Assembly: GCA_020631295.1 (NCBI GenBank)
Contig: JAHDHN010000003.1
Span: forward strand, 1 to 36,245
DNA: 36,245 bases
Direction: 5' to 3'
DNA from: Rickettsiales bacterium
GTDB taxonomy: Bacteria > Pseudomonadota > Alphaproteobacteria > Rickettsiales > UBA8987
Below, piece after piece: positions 9,127-18,173 of this stretch (positions are counted from its first letter, which is position 1; each line of letters begins with the position of its first letter). A program made the position numbers and the translations under genes. The notes beneath the pieces were generated by a model, which saw nothing but the letters and a program-made list of their open reading frames with translations, had not been told where the DNA came from and searched no databases.

Positions 9127-10068
9127 ATGAGAAATGCAACAATCAAAGCCGCAGCGCGTGATTCAAAGCTGATGCAAAATATCCCACGTATTTTATGTGT
9201 GGATGACGAAGAGTTTAATTTAGAGATCTTAGAGAAGCATATTAAAGATGCTGGCCTAGACCCGGTATTGGCCATGAATGCAGAGGAGGCATGGAGCATT
9301 CTGGATAAAGAGCGCGATGCGATTGATGTGGTGTTGCTGGACCGTATGATGCCGGGCATGGACGGCCTTACCTTGCTGAAAAAGATGAAAGAGGTGGAGC
9401 ATCTGAAGCATATTCCGGTGATTATGCAAACGGCAAAAGTAGCAGCGGAAGATGCTACGGATGGTATTATGGCCGGTGCCTATTATTATGTAACCAAGCC
9501 ATATACTGCCAGCATGGTGATCTCTATTGTAAATGCTGCTCTTACAGAGCGTAAGCATCAGCGCAAAATGTTAAACCGTATGGAGAGTTTGGATATTACT
9601 CTATCTTCCTTGCGCAGTGCAGAATTTCAAATTCAATCACCTAAAGAGGCCAGCCAAATTGCGGCTTATTTAGCTAAATTGGGCAAAAACCCATCACGCG
9701 CTCTGGTAGCGCTTAGCGCGTTATTGAGCAATGCAATTGAGCATGGAAATTTAGGGTTTGGCTATTCTCAGAAACATGAACTTGCTGCTAATGGTGAGTT
9801 TGAAGCTGCATTGGAAGAGGCGCTGGCCGAGCCAGAAAATATGCATAAATATGTAGAAGTGTATTTCAACCGTCTGCCTAATCATAAGCTTGAGGTGCGG
9901 ATTAAGGATCAAGGGCAGGGCTTTAATTGGCAAGAATATATGGATTTTGATCCGTCTCGTATTACCGACCCTAATGGCCGCGGTATTGCCATGGCTAATA
10001 TTACCAGCCCTGGCGCTATTCACTATACAGGCAATGGTAGTGAGGTAATGTTCACCTATGATGCATAA
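9127..10068 (+). CDS. response regulator with RsbW/SpoIIAB-like serine-kinase (HATPase_c_2-type) output domain
   Basis: REC domain: DD at CVDDEE, phosphoacceptor LLDRMMPGMDG, IMQTA, YVTKP. C-terminal N-box LSNAIEHGN, G1 KDQGQGF and G2 NGRGIAMAN. No DNA-binding or GGDEF domain. ATG 9127 follows a GGGGAG site; the track start at 9109 is also possible. Confidence 0.85.
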   Translation: MRNATIKAAARDSKLMQNIPRILCVDDEEFNLEILEKHIKDAGLDPVLAMNAEEAWSILDKERDAIDVVLLDRMMPGMDGLTLLKKMKEVEHLKHIPVIMQTAKVAAEDATDGIMAGAYYYVTKPYTASMVISIVNAALTERKHQRKMLNRMESLDITLSSLRSAEFQIQSPKEASQIAAYLAKLGKNPSRALVALSALLSNAIEHGNLGFGYSQKHELAANGEFEAALEEALAEPENMHKYVEVYFNRLPNHKLEVRIKDQGQGFNWQEYMDFDPSRITDPNGRGIAMANITSPGAIHYTGNGSEVMFTYDA

Positions 10069-10076
10069 TTATGCAT
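10061..10076. repeat. perfect 16-bp palindrome atgcataattatgcat spanning the regulator stop codon and the mutT start codon
   Basis: Read directly from the sequence. TAA at 10066-10068 and ATG at 10071-10073 both lie inside the palindrome. Its halves match the gcataatt / aattatgc termini of the repeats at 27097-27227 and 36060-36207. Confidence 0.8.
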
Positions 10077-10526
10077 GAGGTGAGGGCAGCAGCCTGTGTG
10101 CTATATCGCGAGCGTGGTGCAAATAAGGAAGTGCTGCTAGCACAACGATCTTCGGATACGAACTATCCGCATTATTGGGAGTTTCCCGGTGGAAAAATAG
10201 AGCAGGGCGAGTCTCCGGAGGCTGCGCTTCAGCGTGAGCTAAAAGAAGAGCTGGGTATTGAGGTCTCTGAAGCAGTATTTGTACCCATTACCTTTATCTC
10301 AGAATCACGCCCAGCCGATGCAAAACATGCAAACCCGTATCATATTTTGGTATTTATCTATGGCTGTGCTACCTGGCAAGGTGAGCCAGAAAGCAAAGAA
10401 GATCAGCCGCTTCATTGGGTGCCTCTAGAAGCATTAGATACATATGACCTGCTGCCAGGAAACATACCACTCCTGCCACAGATTAAGGCGTTTTTTCAGC
10501 TGGATGCTTGTTCTAAGCTTGCTTAA
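10071..10526 (+). CDS. mutT: NUDIX hydrolase, MutT (8-oxo-dGTP diphosphatase) family
   Basis: 151 aa. Nudix box GGKIEQGESPEAALQRELKEELGI preceded by WEFPGG. Start is 2 nt after the regulator stop. Confidence 0.85.
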   Translation: MHEVRAAACVLYRERGANKEVLLAQRSSDTNYPHYWEFPGGKIEQGESPEAALQRELKEELGIEVSEAVFVPITFISESRPADAKHANPYHILVFIYGCATWQGEPESKEDQPLHWVPLEALDTYDLLPGNIPLLPQIKAFFQLDACSKLA

Positions 10527-10541
10527 CAATATTCCACTGCA

Positions 10542-10629
10542 ATCCCTGACAAGCGCAGCGCAGATCGGGGATCCAGGGTTAACAAGCACTGTCTATCGTT
10601 TCGCCCTGGGCCCTCGCTTTCGCAAGGGC
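10542..10629. repeat. diverged copy of the hairpin-modular MITE-like repeat family
   Basis: Hairpin tccctga..tcgggga is followed by atccagg (compare ggtatccagag in the other copies). ctatcgtttcgccctgg resembles ctatcgcccctgg at 27171-27182. Terminal hairpin gccct-cgctttcgca-agggc. Lies between convergent mutT and fumC. Confidence 0.4.
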
Positions 10630-10649
10630 TTCAAAATGGGAAATTATTA

Positions 10650-12077
10650 TTAATCACGTGGGCCGATCATGTCCTCTGGCACCACCCACTCATTGAACTG
10701 GTCTTCGCTGAGTAGTTCCAGCTCTAATGCAGCTTTTTTCAGTGTTGTGCCATCCTGATGTGCTTTTTTCGCAATCTTAGCGGCATTATCATAGCCAATA
10801 TGCGGGTTCAGTGCGGTCACTAGCATCAAAGATTCATCACGCAAGGCAGCAATGCGGCGCTTATTCGCCTCAATGCCCACCACGCATTTATCGGTGAAGC
10901 TGTTACAGCCATCTGCCAGCAAGCGGATGGATTGCAACACGTTATAAATCATCACAGGCTTAAATACATTCAGCTCAAAATGACCGTTGGAGCCAGCAAT
11001 GCTCACGGTAGTGTTATTGCCCATCACCTGCGCGGCCACCATGGTGAGCGCTTCGCACTGGGTTGGGTTTACCTTACCTGGCATAATAGAGGAGCCAGGC
11101 TCATTTTCCGGCAGGCGAATTTCGCCAATGCCGCAGCGCGGGCCAGAGCCCAGCATACGAATATCATTGGCAATCTTCATAATGCTCACTGCCACTGTGT
11201 TTAGCGCGCCGCTCAGCTCCACCAGCGCATCATGCGCCGCCAGTGCCTCAAATTTATTTTCTGCCGTCACAAAGGGCAAGTTGGTAATTTTGGCTACTTC
11301 TGTTGCAAAGGCTTCGGCAAAGCCTTTTTTGGAGTTAATGCCGGTGCCCACAGCCGTGCCGCCTTGCGCCAGCTGATACATGCGCGGCAATGCATCTTCC
11401 ACGCGCTTAATGCCATTTTCCATCTGCTTCACATAGCCGGAAAATTCCTGCCCAAGCGTGAGCGGTGTGGCATCTTGCAAATGCGTACGGCCGATTTTTA
11501 CGATATCCGCAAAGGCCTTGCATTTCTGCTCAAGCGCTTCTTTCAAATGCTGCAAGGCTGGCAGCAGTACATGATGCACTTGCTCCACTGCAGAAATATG
11601 CATGGCGGTAGGGAAGGTATCGTTAGAAGATTGGCCCATATTCACATGGTCATTTGGGTGCACGGGGTCTTTGCTGCCCAGCTCACCGCCCAGAATTTCA
11701 ATGGCGCGGTTAGCAATCACCTCATTGCTGTTCATATTGCTTTGCGTGCCAGAGCCTGTTTGCCACACAGAAAGCGGAAAATTATCCAGATATTGCAGAT
11801 CAGCCACTTCGCTTGCCGCCTGCACAATGGCTTCGCCAATATCTTCCGGCATCACGCCCAGCTCCACATTCACGGCTGCTGCGGCTTGCTTGATAATGCC
11901 CAAAGCGCGCACCAAGGGTGCCGGCATGGTTTCTTCGCCAATGGGGAAATTAATCAAAGAACGGGCGGTTTGCGCACCCCAATATTTATCAGAAGGCACA
12001 TCCAGCGGACCAAAAGAATCGGACTCTGTGCGAAACTCTACTAAACTCTCATTCACTGCTTCAGCGTTGTTATTCAT
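10650..12077 (-). CDS. fumC: class II fumarate hydratase
   Basis: 475 aa. Signature [15 protein letters not shown], plus [12 protein letters not shown] and HPNDHVN motifs. Confidence 0.97.
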   Translation of the reverse strand: MNNNAEAVNESLVEFRTESDSFGPLDVPSDKYWGAQTARSLINFPIGEETMPAPLVRALGIIKQAAAAVNVELGVMPEDIGEAIVQAASEVADLQYLDNFPLSVWQTGSGTQSNMNSNEVIANRAIEILGGELGSKDPVHPNDHVNMGQSSNDTFPTAMHISAVEQVHHVLLPALQHLKEALEQKCKAFADIVKIGRTHLQDATPLTLGQEFSGYVKQMENGIKRVEDALPRMYQLAQGGTAVGTGINSKKGFAEAFATEVAKITNLPFVTAENKFEALAAHDALVELSGALNTVAVSIMKIANDIRMLGSGPRCGIGEIRLPENEPGSSIMPGKVNPTQCEALTMVAAQVMGNNTTVSIAGSNGHFELNVFKPVMIYNVLQSIRLLADGCNSFTDKCVVGIEANKRRIAALRDESLMLVTALNPHIGYDNAAKIAKKAHQDGTTLKKAALELELLSEDQFNEWVVPEDMIGPRD

Positions 12078-12284
12078 GCTATCTCCAGGCTCTATTTGAT
12101 AAGGATTTGTGCCATTACTCCCCTCTCACCGAAGATGCAAGGCTAGAAATTTTCTTTCAGCCAGCCCATGAAGCCGGCGGATTTGCGGCCGCGGCGGCCA
12201 AATTGCCCGCCTTTATGCCGCTTGGGTAGATAGTGTCTTTTTTCCTGCTTGTTCAAATGCATGGATGCTGGCATATTCGTCGAT

Positions 12285-13010
12285 ATGGAGAATAACGAAC
12301 ATAATATACATATGGTGAGTGATGCGCTGCGTGAAACGCGGGAGCATATGGGGCTTTCTGTGGCAGATGTCTCAGAAAAAACCAATATTCGTACTGTATA
12401 TATTGAGGCGATAGAGAAGGGCCTCATAGAAGATTTGCCCGGTGATATTTATATTGATGCCTATATTCGTACCTATGCAGAGCTTTTGGGATTAGATGCG
12501 GAAAAATTGGTGGAACAGCTGCATAAGAAGAAAACACGCTTTCGTGATAAAGTGCGCCACACTTTGCCAGATATTAAGCAAGAGCCTTATAGCCCGCCTG
12601 CTTGGGTATTGCTGCTGGCAGTTATGTTGTTATTTGCGGCCTTCATTGCCATGAAGCAGCTGGTGTTGCGCCCTGATTTTGTGCAGGCACAGTCTCCTTC
12701 TGCCACAGAGGCTTATGCAGAGATGCTGCGTGAGCCAGAGCATCGTGTTACCTTAACAGCCCTAGAGCCACTCGATGTGATTGTAGAAAATACATCTGGC
12801 CTGCAGCAGGAATATAATTTGGATGCGGGTACGCATATTGAGCTGCCAGTACAGGAGCATTATCTGCTATATCCCAGTGAAAAAGCGCATATGCAGCTTT
12901 CTGTAAGCGGGTATAAGGTGCAGGATCTACGCGGGCTGGAGCATGGAGAGCAAGGCATATTTTTTTCTGCCTATGATTTAATTGGCCGTACCGAAATAGG
13001 AACACAATAA
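12285..13010 (+). CDS. rodZ: RodZ-like cytoskeleton protein (HTH, TM, C-terminal domain)
   Basis: N-terminal XRE-type HTH (LRETREHMGLSVADVSEKTNIRTVYIEAIEKG), one TM helix (WVLLLAVMLLFAAFIAM) and a C-terminal beta-rich domain. Sits immediately upstream of ispG, as rodZ does in E. coli. The start could be 12249 or 12285. Confidence 0.7.
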   Translation: MENNEHNIHMVSDALRETREHMGLSVADVSEKTNIRTVYIEAIEKGLIEDLPGDIYIDAYIRTYAELLGLDAEKLVEQLHKKKTRFRDKVRHTLPDIKQEPYSPPAWVLLLAVMLLFAAFIAMKQLVLRPDFVQAQSPSATEAYAEMLREPEHRVTLTALEPLDVIVENTSGLQQEYNLDAGTHIELPVQEHYLLYPSEKAHMQLSVSGYKVQDLRGLEHGEQGIFFSAYDLIGRTEIGTQ

Positions 13011-14228
13011 ATGACAATGACACGTCATCATACGCATCAGGTGATGGTAGGAAAGGTGGCTGTGGGTGGCGGTGCGCCAGTGGTGGTGCAATCCATGACC
13101 AACACTGACACGGAAGATGTAGAGTCCACCATTGCCCAGGTAAAAACACTGGCGGATGCAGGCTCTGAGATTGTGCGTATCACGGTGAATACAGAGGCCG
13201 CTGCCAAGGCGGTGCCGTATATTCGTGACGGGCTGTTGGAGCTGGGTTGTGATGTGCCTCTGGCAGGGTGCTTTCACTATAACGGTCATCGCTTGTTGCA
13301 AGATGTGCCGGCTTGCGCAGAGGCGTTGGAAAAATACCGCATCAATCCTGGTAATGTAGGGTTTGGCGAAAAGCGTGATCGCCAATTTGAAGAGATGATT
13401 GAGGTGGCGCTAAAGCATGATAAGCCCGTGCGCATTGGTGTGAATTGGGGCAGTTTAGACCAAGATTTGGCCACTAAATTAATGGATGATAATGCCAAGA
13501 GTGTGGATCCCAAAGCAGCAGAAGAGATTTTGCAGGAAGCGTTGATTCTTTCTTCCTTGACCAGTGCAGAGAAGGCAGAGCAGGTGGGGTTGAGCTCGGA
13601 TAAAATTATTATTTCCTGCAAGGTCAGCCGAGTGCAAGAGCTGGTGCATGTCTATACGGAACTGGCCAAACGCAGCAATTATGCGCTGCATGTGGGGCTA
13701 ACGGAAGCCGGCATGGGCAGCAAAGGCATTGTGGCCACCACAGCGGGGTTAGGCATTTTGCTGCAGCAAGGCATTGGTGATACTATTCGTGCGAGCCTAA
13801 CGCCCAAGCCGGGTGAGCCGCGTGAGCAGGAAGTGATTGTATGCCAGCAAATTTTGCAAGTGTTGGGTGTGCGTTCTTTCATGCCGCTAGTAACGGCTTG
13901 CCCAGGCTGTGGCCGTACCACCAGCACATTCTTCCAAACGTTGGCCGAAAAAATTCAGGATTATCTGCAGGCACAAATGCCGGTATGGCGAGAGCAATAT
14001 ACAGGCGTGGAAGAGATGAATGTGGCGGTGATGGGCTGTATTGTAAATGGCCCGGGTGAGAGCAAGCATGCCAATATTGGCATCAGCCTGCCTGGCACGG
14101 GTGAAAGCCCTGCCGCACCGGTATTTATTGACGGCAAAAAGGTCAAAACCCTGCGCGGTGATGGCATCGCCGAAGAATTCCAACATATGGTACAGGATTA
14201 TGTACAAACCAGCTATGCGGTGAAATAA
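13011..14228 (+). CDS. ispG: 4-hydroxy-3-methylbut-2-en-1-yl diphosphate synthase
   Basis: 405 aa. [14 protein letters not shown] and RIGVNWGSL motifs. Fe-S cysteines in ACPGCGRT and [12 protein letters not shown] directly abuts the rodZ stop. Confidence 0.95.
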   Translation: MTMTRHHTHQVMVGKVAVGGGAPVVVQSMTNTDTEDVESTIAQVKTLADAGSEIVRITVNTEAAAKAVPYIRDGLLELGCDVPLAGCFHYNGHRLLQDVPACAEALEKYRINPGNVGFGEKRDRQFEEMIEVALKHDKPVRIGVNWGSLDQDLATKLMDDNAKSVDPKAAEEILQEALILSSLTSAEKAEQVGLSSDKIIISCKVSRVQELVHVYTELAKRSNYALHVGLTEAGMGSKGIVATTAGLGILLQQGIGDTIRASLTPKPGEPREQEVIVCQQILQVLGVRSFMPLVTACPGCGRTTSTFFQTLAEKIQDYLQAQMPVWREQYTGVEEMNVAVMGCIVNGPGESKHANIGISLPGTGESPAAPVFIDGKKVKTLRGDGIAEEFQHMVQDYVQTSYAVK

Positions 14229-14281
14229 CAAAACCATTATATCTTGTGCAGAGGTTTCTATAATATTACAAGAGGCTAGCT

Positions 14282-16204
14282 ATGACATATTCCACAATGC
14301 AGAAACACAATAACCACACCCCCTTAATGGACGCAGCGGGCTATAAGGCAGCTTACGCAGATTCCATTCAACATCCGGATGCATTTTGGTTAAAGCAAGC
14401 AGAGCGTATTGACTGGTTCAATGCACCCAGCAAGGCAGGTGACTATGCATTTAGCAAAGAGGATGTATCGATTGCTTGGTATGAGGATGGCACCTTAAAT
14501 GCATGTTATAATTGTGTAGACCGCCATTTGCCGGCGCGCGCGAATGACACAGCTATTATTTGGGAGGGCGATGACCCGAATGATTCTAAGCATATTACCT
14601 ATGCAGAATTGCACCAGCAGGTGTGTAAATTGGCGAACGGCTTAGAAGCGCTGGGCGTGCAAAAAGGGGATGTGGTTACCATCTATATGCCGATGATTCC
14701 TGAAGCGGCCTATGCCATGCTGGCCTGCGCGCGCATTGGTGCGGTGCATAGCGTGGTGTTTGGTGGCTTTTCACCAGAGGCACTGCGTGGCCGCATGGAA
14801 GATTGCGAGAGCCGCTTTATCATCACCGCAGATGAAGGCGTGCGTGGCGGTAAAACCGTGCCGCTGAAAGCTAATGTGGATGCTGCGGTGACTGCGCTTG
14901 CAGATGTGACCAGTCTGGTGGTAAAACGCACTGGCGCTGATGTGGCCTGGCACGCGCATGATAATTGGTATCATGAATTGGTGGATACTCAGCCAGAGAC
15001 GCACAGCCCTGCCGAAATGGAAGCAGAAGCACCGCTTTTTGTGCTGTATACTTCTGGCTCCACGGGCAAACCAAAAGGTGTGCAGCATAGCACGGGTGGG
15101 TACATGGTCTATACCAGCCTGACGCACGAGCTTACCTTTGATTATCGTCCAGGTGACATTTACTGGTGCACGGCCGATGTGGGCTGGATCACTGGCCATA
15201 GCTATATTTTATACGGCCCGCTGGCCAATGGTGCCACCACTGTGATGTTTGAGGGTGTTCCCACCTACCCAAGTGCCAGCCGCTGCTGGGAAGTGGTAGA
15301 AAAGCATAAGGTAAATATGTTTTATACCGCGCCTACGGCCATCCGTGCGCTGATGGCACTGGGTGATGAGATGGTAACGAATGACCGCAGTTCGTTGCGT
15401 ATTTTAGGCACGGTGGGTGAGCCAATCAACCCAGAAGCTTGGCGTTGGTATCATGAGGTGGTGGGGCAAAAGCGCTGCCCGATTGTGGACACATGGTGGC
15501 AAACCGAAACAGGTGGTTTTTTGATCACGCCATTGCCTTATGCCACAACGCTCAAGCCAGGCGCGGCAAGCATGCCGTTTTTGGGCATTGAGCCGGTGAT
15601 TGTGGATAATGACGGCAACGTGCTGGAAGGGGCGGCCGAAGGCAATCTATGCATGAAGGGCAGCTGGCCGGCGCAGGCGCGCACGGTGCGTGGTGATCAT
15701 ACACGTTTTATTGAGACCTATTTCAGCCAGTTTGACGGCTATTATTTCACTGGCGACGGTGCCAAGCGTGATGCAGATGGCTATTATTGGATCACCGGCC
15801 GTGTAGATGATGTGCTAAATATCTCAGGCCACCGCTTGGGCACAGCAGAGGTGGAGAGTGCCTTGGTATTGCACGAGCAGGTGGCGGAGGCCGCTGTGGT
15901 GGGTTCTCCGCATGATATTAAGGGTGAGGCGATTTATGCGTTTGTAACGTTGAATGCTGGCATTGAGGCAGATGAGGCGCTGCAAAAAGAGCTGGTGCAG
16001 CTGGTGCGCAAGGAAATTGGGCCGATTGCATCGCCGGATTACATCCAATTTGCACCGGGCTTGCCCAAAACGCGCTCAGGCAAAATCATGCGCCGCATCT
16101 TGCGTAAAATTGCCTGCAATGACTATGGCAATTTGGGCGACACCAAAACGCTCCTGAATCCAGAAGTGGTGGATGTATTGATTAAAGGCAGGTTGGTTCG
16201 TTAA
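14282..16204 (+). CDS. acs: acetyl-CoA synthetase (AMP-forming)
   Basis: 640 aa. AMP-binding motif [11 protein letters not shown], plus [32 protein letters not shown] and C-terminal [11 protein letters not shown]. Confidence 0.97.
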   Translation: MTYSTMQKHNNHTPLMDAAGYKAAYADSIQHPDAFWLKQAERIDWFNAPSKAGDYAFSKEDVSIAWYEDGTLNACYNCVDRHLPARANDTAIIWEGDDPNDSKHITYAELHQQVCKLANGLEALGVQKGDVVTIYMPMIPEAAYAMLACARIGAVHSVVFGGFSPEALRGRMEDCESRFIITADEGVRGGKTVPLKANVDAAVTALADVTSLVVKRTGADVAWHAHDNWYHELVDTQPETHSPAEMEAEAPLFVLYTSGSTGKPKGVQHSTGGYMVYTSLTHELTFDYRPGDIYWCTADVGWITGHSYILYGPLANGATTVMFEGVPTYPSASRCWEVVEKHKVNMFYTAPTAIRALMALGDEMVTNDRSSLRILGTVGEPINPEAWRWYHEVVGQKRCPIVDTWWQTETGGFLITPLPYATTLKPGAASMPFLGIEPVIVDNDGNVLEGAAEGNLCMKGSWPAQARTVRGDHTRFIETYFSQFDGYYFTGDGAKRDADGYYWITGRVDDVLNISGHRLGTAEVESALVLHEQVAEAAVVGSPHDIKGEAIYAFVTLNAGIEADEALQKELVQLVRKEIGPIASPDYIQFAPGLPKTRSGKIMRRILRKIACNDYGNLGDTKTLLNPEVVDVLIKGRLVR

Positions 16205-16205
16205 T

Positions 16206-17135
16206 CTAAAGCTTGCTAGTCATTTCTGGTACGGCGTCGAACAAATCGGCCACCAGGCCATAATCTGCCACGTCGAAAATGGGTGCATTCTCGTCGTTAT
16301 TGATGGCAACGATCACCTTGCTGTCTCCCATGCCAGCCAAATGCTGAATCGCGCCAGAGATGCCGGCTGCGATATATAGATTTGGCGCAACGATTTTGCC
16401 TGTTTGGCCAACCTGGTAATCATTCGGTACATAGCCTGCATCCACGGCTGCACGGCTTGCACCCACGGCGGCGCCTAATTTATCTGCTAATGCTTCAATA
16501 ATCGCAAAATCTTCCTTGCTGCCCACGCCGCGTCCGCCGGATACTACAATATCGGCATTGCCTAGATCTGGGCGGTCAGACTCACTCAGCTCGGCGCGTA
16601 CAAAGCTGCTTTTGTCGCTTATCTCAGCAGCAGAAATGCTTTCTACAGCAGCACTGCCACCTTCAGCTGCTGCCTTGTCAAAGGCCGCCGCGCGCACGGT
16701 GATGATTTTTACCGCATCGTTAGAGGTCACAGTTGCAATGGCATTGCCGGCATAGATGGGGCGCTTGAAGGTATCTGCACTTTCCACTGCAATAATATCA
16801 CTCACCTGTGCCACATCCAAATATGCAGCCACGCGTGGCATAATGTTCTTACCATAGGTGGTGCTTGGTGCCAAAATATGGCTGTAATTGCCTGCTTGGG
16901 CCACAATAAGCGGTGCAATATTTTCTGCTAAGCCATGCTTGTAGCCTGCATTTTCTGCATGCAGCACCTTGTTCACGCCTGCAATGTTTGCTGCAGCTTC
17001 TGCCACAGCACTGGCATTTTCACCGGCCACTAGCACATCAATATCGCCACCAATCTGGCTTGCAGCCTGCACAGTGGTAAGCGTGGCGCTGGCCAGCTCG
17101 TTATTATTATGTTCTGCGATTACTAAAATGCTCAT
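16206..17135 (-). CDS. etfA: electron transfer flavoprotein subunit alpha
   Basis: 309 aa. FAD-binding C-terminal half (VVSGGRGVG, VGASRAAVDAGY, QVGQTGKIVAPNLYIAAGISGAIQHLAGM). Confidence 0.95.
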   Translation of the reverse strand: MSILVIAEHNNNELASATLTTVQAASQIGGDIDVLVAGENASAVAEAAANIAGVNKVLHAENAGYKHGLAENIAPLIVAQAGNYSHILAPSTTYGKNIMPRVAAYLDVAQVSDIIAVESADTFKRPIYAGNAIATVTSNDAVKIITVRAAAFDKAAAEGGSAAVESISAAEISDKSSFVRAELSESDRPDLGNADIVVSGGRGVGSKEDFAIIEALADKLGAAVGASRAAVDAGYVPNDYQVGQTGKIVAPNLYIAAGISGAIQHLAGMGDSKVIVAINNDENAPIFDVADYGLVADLFDAVPEMTSKL

Positions 17136-17136
17136 C

Positions 17137-17886
17137 TTATATCACCTTCGCTTCGTTGCGTAATTTATCCAGCAGCTCATCTACAGAGCCCACCTTGATG
17201 CCTGCCTGACGCTTGGGCGGCTCTTCCACCTTCACGATTTCCAATGATGGTGCAGTATCAATGCCCAGGCTCTCTGGCGTATGGTGATCAATGGGTTTTG
17301 AGCGTGCCTTCATAATATCCGGCAGTTTCACATAGCGTGGTTCATTCAGGCGCAAATCTGTGGTAACAATGGCGGGTAAGCGCACTTCCACAGTAGATAA
17401 GCCGCCATCCACCTCACGCGTTACTTCCAGAGCACCGTCTTTTGCCACTACTTCTGAGGCAAAGGTGGCTTGTGGCCAACCAAGCAGAGCTGCCAGCATT
17501 TGGCCTGTTTGGTTGCTGTCATCATCAATGGCTTGTTTGCCTAATAACACCATGTCATAGCCATTATCTTGGGTGATTTTCTGCAGCAGCTTGGCTACTT
17601 GCAGCGGCTGCACGTCTACATCCGTTTCAATATGAATGGCATTATCCACGCCCATGGCATAGGCTTGGCGCAGAATATCTTCGCATTTCTTCACACCAAT
17701 GGAAAGCGCGGTTACTTCTGTGGCCTTACCGGCTTCTTTCAGACGAATAGCTTCTTCCACGGCAATTTCGTCAAACGGGTTCATCGACATCTTTACATTG
17801 TCGGTCACCACGCCAGAGTTATCAGGCTTTACGCGCACTTTCACATTGTAATCAATCACGCGTTTTACGGGTACAAGAATTTTCAT
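17137..17886 (-). CDS. etfB: electron transfer flavoprotein subunit beta
   Basis: 249 aa. [20 protein letters not shown]-terminus, [27 protein letters not shown]. One nt separates it from etfA. Confidence 0.95.
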   Translation of the reverse strand: MKILVPVKRVIDYNVKVRVKPDNSGVVTDNVKMSMNPFDEIAVEEAIRLKEAGKATEVTALSIGVKKCEDILRQAYAMGVDNAIHIETDVDVQPLQVAKLLQKITQDNGYDMVLLGKQAIDDDSNQTGQMLAALLGWPQATFASEVVAKDGALEVTREVDGGLSTVEVRLPAIVTTDLRLNEPRYVKLPDIMKARSKPIDHHTPESLGIDTAPSLEIVKVEEPPKRQAGIKVGSVDELLDKLRNEAKVI

Positions 17887-17892
17887 GAGCTG

Positions 17893-18090
17893 CTATGCGC
17901 CTCCTTTTTTAAGCACAACGAATATGATGAATAACGCAATGACCGTCAATGCCTGAAACAACACGCGGAACATCATCAACCGTGTGCCGAAAGTTTCATT
18001 GGCTTTGCCGCCTTTGCCCATAAGCACCACACCGGCGACCAATACGCCCAGTGTAAATGCCATGCCAATTAATACTAATGTCATGCCCAT
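17893..18090 (-). CDS. twin transmembrane-helix small protein (HIG1/Rcf1-like)
   Basis: 65 aa with two hydrophobic helices joined by a GKGGKANETFGTRLMMFRVLFQ loop carrying the R-x3-Q part of the HIG1 motif. Ends 6 nt upstream of etfB on the same strand. Confidence 0.7.
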   Translation of the reverse strand: MGMTLVLIGMAFTLGVLVAGVVLMGKGGKANETFGTRLMMFRVLFQALTVIALFIIFVVLKKGGA

Positions 18091-18173
18091 TATTGTTGCT
18101 CCCTGTTATACCGAGGGCAGCATATACCGACTATGGCGTGGTATCCAGCAGAAAAAACTAAAACTTTTCACCC

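Noticed and set aside
11232-12044. 270-aa ORF, with neighbouring 90-165-aa ORFs, antisense to fumC
   Set aside because: It lies entirely inside and opposite a strongly conserved gene. The translation is His/Arg/Cys/Phe-rich low-complexity sequence with no recognisable motif and no ribosome-binding site. This is a typical shadow ORF.
12143-12262. 39-aa basic ORF (MHLNKQEKRHYLPKRHKGGQFGRRGRKSAGFMGWLKENF) upstream of fumC on the same strand
   Set aside because: There is no Shine-Dalgarno sequence upstream of the ATG. It overlaps the likely rodZ promoter and start region. I recognise no family. It could be revisited with ribosome-profiling data.
16202-16208. acs and etfA stop codons converge with a 1-nt gap and no terminator
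   Set aside because: This is unusual-looking but common in compact genomes. There is nothing beyond tight packing to report.
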